From Candidatus Zambryskiibacteriota bacterium (lineage in GTDB: Bacteria > Patescibacteriota > Minisyncoccia > Phycocordibacterales > DATDWN01), in NCBI GenBank assembly GCA_023267045.1, contig JAHFOB010000002.1:2032-66031 (forward strand): a stretch of 64,000 bases of DNA, written 5' to 3'. Under the pieces are notes generated by a model. That model worked only from the letters and a program-made list of their open reading frames with translations, had not been told where the DNA came from and did no database searches. Shown piece by piece: positions 58,374-64,000 of this stretch; within the stretch, counting starts at the first letter, position 1, and each line of letters begins with the position of its first letter. The translations under genes and the position numbers were made by a program.

Positions 58374-58661
58374 ATGGAAAACGAATCTATTGAAAAAGAT
58401 GTATCTATTGTATCCAAGAAAGATAAGTGGTTTGCTGGTTATATAGTAACAGGATTAATTTTTAATGCGTCACAAATTTTTGACAGAACAACATATGACG
58501 GGTTCTTTATTATTGTAGTATCAATAATGTGTGGGTATTTTTATCACAGATTAAAGAATAAAATAAAATTAAAAAATGAGGGAAATAGAATTATTGTTAC
58601 CTTCTTGATTCTTGAATTAATTGCTGGTTTTTTAATAGGAGCTATAACACGTTTTTTCTAA
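58374..58661 (+). CDS. small membrane protein
   Basis: 95 aa, 3 TM. Confidence 0.65.
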   Translation: MENESIEKDVSIVSKKDKWFAGYIVTGLIFNASQIFDRTTYDGFFIIVVSIMCGYFYHRLKNKIKLKNEGNRIIVTFLILELIAGFLIGAITRFF

Positions 58662-58662
58662 A

Positions 58663-59451
58663 ATGAAAAAACTCTCAAAAACTTATGTATTCATCGGGCT
58701 GATAGTTTCATTGGTAATTTTACTTGGAATATTTTATAAAAAAAATGATTGCAATGTATATGGCATCAATATTCATGGAGATATTGTTACCTACAACGGA
58801 AACGATTCTTATAATGATCAGAATAAGTTAATTTACGATCAAACTTCTGCGGATGACGTTTTAAATCTCATAAAAGATGCTAATAGTAATAATGATATAA
58901 AGGCTATAACCATAGAAATTGACTCAAGTGGTGGTTCTCCTGTGGCAGGAGAAGAAATAATGAGGGCTTTAAAGGACTCTGGTAAGCCAACAGTAGCCTT
59001 TATCCGTAACAGGGGGCTATCCTCTGCATATCTCATTGCTACTGGGGTAGAAACTATATTCGCCTCTCAATTCTCGGATGTAGGAAGTATAGGTATTACA
59101 ATGTCTTATTTACAAAATACAGAAAAAAATAAAAAAGATGGACTGACATATATAGACTTGAGTTCAGGAAAATATAAAGATTCTGGCAATCCAAACAGAT
59201 CTCTGACTGAAGAAGAAAAACAAATTTTCATGCGTGATGTAAAAATATCACATGATTATTTTGTAGGCCTTGTATCTGAGAATCGTAACTTAGATATTGA
59301 AATGGTAAAAAAACTAGCAGACGGTTCAAGTATTAATGGAATGGGAGCATTAAAAGAAGGTCTTATAGATAAGATCGGTATACTACCCGATGTGGAGAAT
59401 TTTCTCGCAGAAAAAATTGGAACAACAGCAGAGATATGTTGGCAAAATTAA
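58663..59451 (+). CDS. sppA: signal peptide peptidase (S49 family)
   Basis: IDSSGGS, SSAYLIA, VGSIG, SGKYKD, GLID. Confidence 0.9.
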   Translation: MKKLSKTYVFIGLIVSLVILLGIFYKKNDCNVYGINIHGDIVTYNGNDSYNDQNKLIYDQTSADDVLNLIKDANSNNDIKAITIEIDSSGGSPVAGEEIMRALKDSGKPTVAFIRNRGLSSAYLIATGVETIFASQFSDVGSIGITMSYLQNTEKNKKDGLTYIDLSSGKYKDSGNPNRSLTEEEKQIFMRDVKISHDYFVGLVSENRNLDIEMVKKLADGSSINGMGALKEGLIDKIGILPDVENFLAEKIGTTAEICWQN

Positions 59452-59456
59452 TTATA

Positions 59457-59746
59457 TGAAAAAATTTATCAACGAAAATTGGTTCAAAATAATAGTAGTT
59501 GGTGTGTTAATTGGAGCATTAGGAACTCATCCTTACTCATACTATCAATTTACTAGATGGGCTATGACTATTTGTAGTGTCTACCTTGCATATCACTACG
59601 CAGAAAAAGAGAAAAAGGGTTGGATGTGGATATTTATCGCCCTTACGATTTTATTTAATCCGATTTTCCCATTTTATTTTGCAAAAAACACATGGCAGGT
59701 GTTTGACTTACTTGGAACTATTTTACTCTTTACAACATTTTTCTAA
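59457..59746 (+). CDS. small membrane protein (DUF6804-like)
   Basis: PYSYYQFTRW...ILFNPIFPFYF.K.TW..D. Confidence 0.7.
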
Positions 59747-59748
59747 AT

Positions 59749-59979
59749 ATGAAAATAATTCTAGACCGATTACTAGATGTGTTTATATGGGTGTATGGAA
59801 TCTTTTTGTATTCTCTGGTTCTACCATTAACTCTTGGTGTCATTTTGATTTTTATTGTGCCAATAGCAGATTGGTTTAATGAAATACCTATAATTATAAA
59901 AATCCCTTCTTTTATTCTTATTGGTGCTGGTTTGAAATTTTTACACACCAAAAAGAACATATTTAATGTTTATAAATAA
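59749..59979 (+). CDS. small membrane protein
   Basis: 76 aa hydrophobic, in operon. Confidence 0.55.
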   Translation: MKIILDRLLDVFIWVYGIFLYSLVLPLTLGVILIFIVPIADWFNEIPIIIKIPSFILIGAGLKFLHTKKNIFNVYK

Positions 59980-60016
59980 GGAAAAATGGTGTCTAACCCC
60001 ATTTTCCATTTTCCCC
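59980..60016. repeat. REP-like hairpin repeat
   Basis: GGAAAAATGGTGTCTAACCCCATTTTCC plus ATTTTCCCC. Confidence 0.7.
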
Positions 60017-60144
60017 AAGAAAAACTACCGATGCTACTTACAAACAAGTATCAGTCACTAGAAGACGCTAAGGATGTTTTAGGAGAAGCAAAAGGTATAA
60101 GCTCTCTATTTTTCAACTTCCAAAAGTATCTATACCAAAAATAG
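60016..60144 (+). pseudogene. C-terminal remnant of type I restriction subunit R (EcoEI-R-like)
   Basis: QEKLPMLLTNKYQSLEDAKDVLG....SLFFNFQKYLYQK*. Confidence 0.55.
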
Positions 60145-60145
60145 A

Positions 60146-60598
60146 TTAATATCTTTTATAACTTTTACTCGTATCAATGTGAGTATTTTTGAAAGCAATA
60201 AAGTAAAATATCTTTTGACTATCAACGGTAAAAAAGAACAGTCTACCTTTTTCGCTGTAACCACCACTTAAATAAGCTTCTTCTACTTGCACACCATCGT
60301 CTAGTCCTGTATACAAATCAGAATAATCACCATCATTTACAACAGGTTTTATTGTTACTCCCAACTTAGAAATATCGCTCTTAACAAAAACTTTAGTGCC
60401 TATTTGTTTTATCAGTTTCAGACTATTTTTTCTTTGTTTATCATCAAAGCTTCCTTCCAACTGACACATCTTGTCATTGTAATTTAAAAAAGAAATTAGA
60501 TATGGCTGTGTCTCCGGTTCTATTTCTTCAGACAATTCTGCGAGTGAGTTTGGTAAAACGCCTTTCTCCTCATTTATTCCGGGTTCGGGAACATCCAT
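60146..60598 (-). CDS. hypothetical protein, candidate toxin partner of Panacea antitoxin
   Basis: Starts 11 bp after the Panacea gene; GRLFFF..IFYFIAF..H. Confidence 0.6.
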   Translation of the reverse strand: MDVPEPGINEEKGVLPNSLAELSEEIEPETQPYLISFLNYNDKMCQLEGSFDDKQRKNSLKLIKQIGTKVFVKSDISKLGVTIKPVVNDGDYSDLYTGLDDGVQVEEAYLSGGYSEKGRLFFFTVDSQKIFYFIAFKNTHIDTSKSYKRY

Positions 60599-60609
60599 AA
60601 TAGTAGTTT

Positions 60610-61095
60610 TTATTTTGCAGTAGCTTCCTCCATCTTTCTAGTGTAAAAATCCATCATAGACTTACGAGTAATTTCTTGTTCAGAATTTTCACTCGCTTCT
60701 AATCCAGCTCTAGCGTCTTGCCATGGTGCTTCAGAGTGAGTAAGCATTTCTAAATATGAAGAATCATATTTACCATAAAGCTTCCAGACTTGTTCCAACA
60801 GATTTTTATCAATATCTGATATTTTGTTAATTAATTCTATATCGGGCTCCTTTTTAATTGGGTTAAATCCGAACTCCTTATATTTAGCATAAACACTTTT
60901 TATTGCTGGACCATGAACCCATGCTTCAATTTTTTCTTTGAAAAGAGGTTTTTTGTTTACTACAAGAGACCATGCTTGTGCATAATAAACAAGTTTCTGA
61001 ATCTTCTTATTGGTTATAACCTTTCCAGATAGATTAGCCTTCTGAATGAAAAATTCAGCTATAGAACTAGCTGAAACTGTCTTTGCGACTTTCAT
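60610..61095 (-). CDS. Panacea (DUF4065/SocA/GepA) domain antitoxin
   Basis: ITNKKIQKLVYYAQAW, EAWVHGP, L..LTHSEAPW. Confidence 0.92.
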   Translation of the reverse strand: MKVAKTVSASSIAEFFIQKANLSGKVITNKKIQKLVYYAQAWSLVVNKKPLFKEKIEAWVHGPAIKSVYAKYKEFGFNPIKKEPDIELINKISDIDKNLLEQVWKLYGKYDSSYLEMLTHSEAPWQDARAGLEASENSEQEITRKSMMDFYTRKMEEATAK

Positions 61096-61405
61096 ATAGT
61101 AAGTATACAACACTATTGCGAATTTTTTCGCAAGTTTTCCACTATCCAAGAACATACAAGCATATTTTATAAAACAGACCCGGGTCCATAAGGAAGGGCA
61201 ACCCCCTACTGTCTATGCCGAAATTTTTGCGAAATTAGCTTTATATTCAATAATTATTTTGCTATTGTCCAATTTAGTAAGTTATAAGTCTCTAAAACCC
61301 AGCTTTCGACTTGGTTCCAACTTTTACTTACCAACTTCACCTTTGTAATATCTTTTCCTCTTTCACTGTATAATACCTATACAATTACAAATTAAATTAA
61401 ATAAT

Positions 61406-61648
61406 ATGATGTATAACTACGGTTATTATAGTCCTTTTAGTGCATTGTTCGGTATTCTAGGCTGGGTTATTTTTGCACTTATTATAGTTTGGATTTTGAA
61501 ACTTGGACGGAGAGATCATTGGATGGATAAAATGGGGAAGCATGGCTTTATGAAAGATAGCGCTATGGAGATTTTGAGAGAAAAATATGCAAAAGGTGAA
61601 ATATCAAAGGAGGAGTTTGAAGCAAAGAAAAAAGATTTGAGTCAATAG
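61406..61648 (+). CDS. SHOCT domain membrane protein
   Basis: AMEILREKYAKGEISKEEFE. Confidence 0.88.
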   Translation: MMYNYGYYSPFSALFGILGWVIFALIIVWILKLGRRDHWMDKMGKHGFMKDSAMEILREKYAKGEISKEEFEAKKKDLSQ

Positions 61649-61732
61649 CTCTCTTCTAGCGTATTTTTATTGCTATGATAGAATAGCCGGTATATCATAA
61701 TATCAGCAATTAAAAATTTAAAATAAAAATAA

Positions 61733-62419
61733 ATGACTAAAGAAAAGATTTTTCAGATTGTCGGTATAGTTGTGGTGGTTGGGGTAGTCGGGGGACTTGC
61801 TTTTTTTGGTGCTAATAAGTGGCATAAACAACCTGTGGCAGAGAAATCTCCTTCTGTTGCTACTGTAAACGGAGTGGTTTTGACACAGGCAGACTTTGAT
61901 ACTCAGCTCGCTACTACTTTGACCACTCTGAAATCACAAGGCGTTAATACAGAAGACCCTACTAAACTTGCAGAAGTTAAAGCTCAAGTTCTGAACGACA
62001 TGATAAGTAACGAGCTTGTTGCAGAAGAAATAGCAAAAGAAGGAATAAAAACTACTGACTCCGATGTGGAAACACAGTACCAGACGATATTGACTCAAGT
62101 CGGCGGCGCAGATCAGCTCAAGACTCAACTTGCTTCTGCAAATATGACAGATACACAGCTTCGAACTAATATATCAAAACAACTAACAATCAAGGCTTAT
62201 CTCTTGAAACACATAGATATGAATACAGCTACTGCAAGTCCAACAGAGATTTCTAAGTTTTATGACGATAATGTTAAGGGTCAGAAAGGCGCGCCAACTC
62301 TGAAAGACATAACTGATCAGATAAAACAACAGATAATAAACACTAAACAGCAACTTCTAATAAATACTTTCATAGCTTCTCTACGCGAAAAAGCTAAAGT
62401 CGAAACGACACTGAAGTAG
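61733..62419 (+). CDS. SurA N-terminal domain protein (PrsA-like chaperone without PPIase domain)
   Basis: VATVNG, VLNDMI..EL, LREKAKVE. Confidence 0.8.
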   Translation: MTKEKIFQIVGIVVVVGVVGGLAFFGANKWHKQPVAEKSPSVATVNGVVLTQADFDTQLATTLTTLKSQGVNTEDPTKLAEVKAQVLNDMISNELVAEEIAKEGIKTTDSDVETQYQTILTQVGGADQLKTQLASANMTDTQLRTNISKQLTIKAYLLKHIDMNTATASPTEISKFYDDNVKGQKGAPTLKDITDQIKQQIINTKQQLLINTFIASLREKAKVETTLK

Positions 62420-62467
62420 TATTTTCTCAGTAGTGTGCTATTCTAGTTGGTGGAAAAGGGGTGGATT

Positions 62468-62671
62468 ATGATGCCGCTCAATTACCTTGACTGGCCTGTA
62501 ACTTCCGTGGCACTAGCAATCTTTCTCGTCGTCTGGCGACTACTTCTCAATGTCAAAGGAGACAAAGCTATTCGCTGGACATTCTCTCCATTTGGAGGTC
62601 TGTACGCCGCTCTAATCTTTTTCTGTCTCTACGTTTCCATCAAGATGTTTGTCGAGTGGCTATCGCGGTGA
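62468..62671 (+). CDS. small membrane protein
   Basis: 2 TM, followed by hairpin terminator. Confidence 0.5.
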   Translation: MMPLNYLDWPVTSVALAIFLVVWRLLLNVKGDKAIRWTFSPFGGLYAALIFFCLYVSIKMFVEWLSR

Positions 62672-62739
62672 GGGGGGTGTCATGCAATGCAGACACCTCC
62701 CTTTTTGTGTCTCTGAAAAGGTTTTGGTTCGACGAGATT

Positions 62740-63534
62740 TTAATAATACTTATCAATATTTTTCAAATGACCTTCGTATGTTGCTGAACAATGAATATTT
62801 CCTTTTTTGTCGTGAAGGTAGAAAAGACAGTTTGTTTTTTGAGGATTGTAAGCGGCGTCGATAGCTGCTAGACCTGGATTGGCGATAGGAGTCGGTGGAA
62901 GTCCAACATGCAGATATGTATTGTAGAGTGAGTTTATGCTTTTGTCTTTTGGATAAACTTTTGACCACCAACCATCTTCTTCTGAACCTTTGGCGTATTG
63001 CAGCGTGGCGTCTATTTGTAGTTTCATACCGTTGAAAAGGCGATTCCAAATAATTCCGGAAATTAATTTCATATCATTTTTTCCGCCGGCTTCACGCTGG
63101 ATGATGGAGGCGATAGTCAGAGCTGTTTCTGGGTTGATTATTTTTGCCGTTTTTGGTTTTTTAATTGCGGATGTTTGTGTGCTGAACTGGTGAAGCATTA
63201 TACTGGTTACTCCAAGCGGGTTTTCATCTTTCAGTAAAATATAAGTTTTTGGAAAATATTTTCCTTCCAAGTCGTCTGTGTTCAGTGCTAAATGTGCATT
63301 TATAAACTGGCTTTTTTCTGAATCACCCCAACCTAGTTTACTTCCAACAAGATCAGCGATCTCTTCTTTACGCAGTCCCTCTCTGACTTGAACTATACGA
63401 GCGTCTGGGTTGGCCAAACTCTGGTAGAAAGAAAGGTCAGCCAACAGAGAAAAATCTAACCTATAGTGATACATCATTCCCAAAAGAGTTCCGAAAGATA
63501 AAACAAAGAGTGTAGCAATGTATCTTAACTTCAT
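62740..63534 (-). CDS. mltG: endolytic transglycosylase
   Basis: EGKYFPKTY, ASIIQREA, NRL..GMKLQIDAT.QY, YNTY...GLPPTPIANPG. Confidence 0.93.
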   Translation of the reverse strand: MKLRYIATLFVLSFGTLLGMMYHYRLDFSLLADLSFYQSLANPDARIVQVREGLRKEEIADLVGSKLGWGDSEKSQFINAHLALNTDDLEGKYFPKTYILLKDENPLGVTSIMLHQFSTQTSAIKKPKTAKIINPETALTIASIIQREAGGKNDMKLISGIIWNRLFNGMKLQIDATLQYAKGSEEDGWWSKVYPKDKSINSLYNTYLHVGLPPTPIANPGLAAIDAAYNPQKTNCLFYLHDKKGNIHCSATYEGHLKNIDKYY

Positions 63535-63641
63535 CCCGTTAGAAGTACCAGTAATTTGAATATTAAAGGTATAAAAATTAACTTAATTTTTAAATTATTC
63601 TCAAAAGAAGATTTTCGACTGAAACTTCTAACGGGATTCAT
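63532..63641 (-). repeat. start-codon hairpin element copy 5
   Basis: Minus strand ATGAATCCCGTTAGAAGT...ACTTCTAACGGG-ATG of mltG. Confidence 0.92.
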
Positions 63642-63724
63642 TTCTAAACTATATCATATTTGAAAATATTTCTTTTGTTTTTTCCACATGGACTTATAGA
63701 TTGATTCTGATAAAATAGAGTCTA

Positions 63725-64000
63725 ATGTCGAGAAAAATTTTTGTTCTAGTTGGGCATCCCGATACGGAAAGCATGTGTCGAGAGTTTGGCATGGCTTATG
63801 CCGATGGTGCGCGTGGGGGTGGTAATGAAGTCAGGTTTACAAACCTTGGTGATATGAAATTTGACCCGATACTTCATCATGGTTACAAAGTCATACAGGA
63901 GCTTGAACCAGATTTGAAAAAATTTCAAGAGGATGTCAGGTGGTGTGATCATTTTGTTATCATTTATCCATCATGGTGGTCAACTATGCCAGCTCTTCTC
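63725..64000 (+). CDS. NAD(P)H-dependent oxidoreductase, flavodoxin-like fold (3' truncated)
   Basis: MSRKIFVLVGHP..., FDP.L, LEPDL, IYPSWWSTMPALL. Confidence 0.88.
   Translation, partial: MSRKIFVLVGHPDTESMCREFGMAYADGARGGGNEVRFTNLGDMKFDPILHHGYKVIQELEPDLKKFQEDVRWCDHFVIIYPSWWSTMPALL

Noticed and set aside
1-64000. Alternative genetic code (TGA read as Gly)
   Set aside because: Conserved genes are full length under the standard code and dnaX ends in TGA at a plausible position

Overview
AT-rich bacterial chromosome segment whose gene content and organisation suggest a CPR/Patescibacteria (Parcubacteria-like) genome; this assignment is inference. It holds housekeeping genes (dnaX, msrA/msrB, xseAB, tgt, uvrB/uvrA/uvrC, ddl, mltG, a DEAD-box helicase), an ECF sigma + FMN-bind + ApbE + RnfD/FNR flavinylation module, a MacAB-like ABC exporter and many ORFans. 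Main unusual observations: (1) five ~107-bp hairpin elements (ATG-NNT-CCCGTTAGA...TCTAACGGG-ATG), each placed exactly between a promoter-proximal ATG and the true start codon of an envelope gene, with compensatory base changes; (2) a ~525-nt promoter- and terminator-bounded, highly structured non-coding RNA at about 5182-5710, plus further structured RNA candidates at about 34845, 56365 and 58252; (3) a 12.8-kb island with two tyrosine recombinases that splits tRNA-Ala(TGC) in the anticodon loop without restoring it and carries its own divergent full tRNA-Ala(TGC) plus a four-gene modification operon; (4) several other hairpin repeat families, some inserted in frame inside conserved proteins. 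All family names come from motif recognition by eye, not from database searches.
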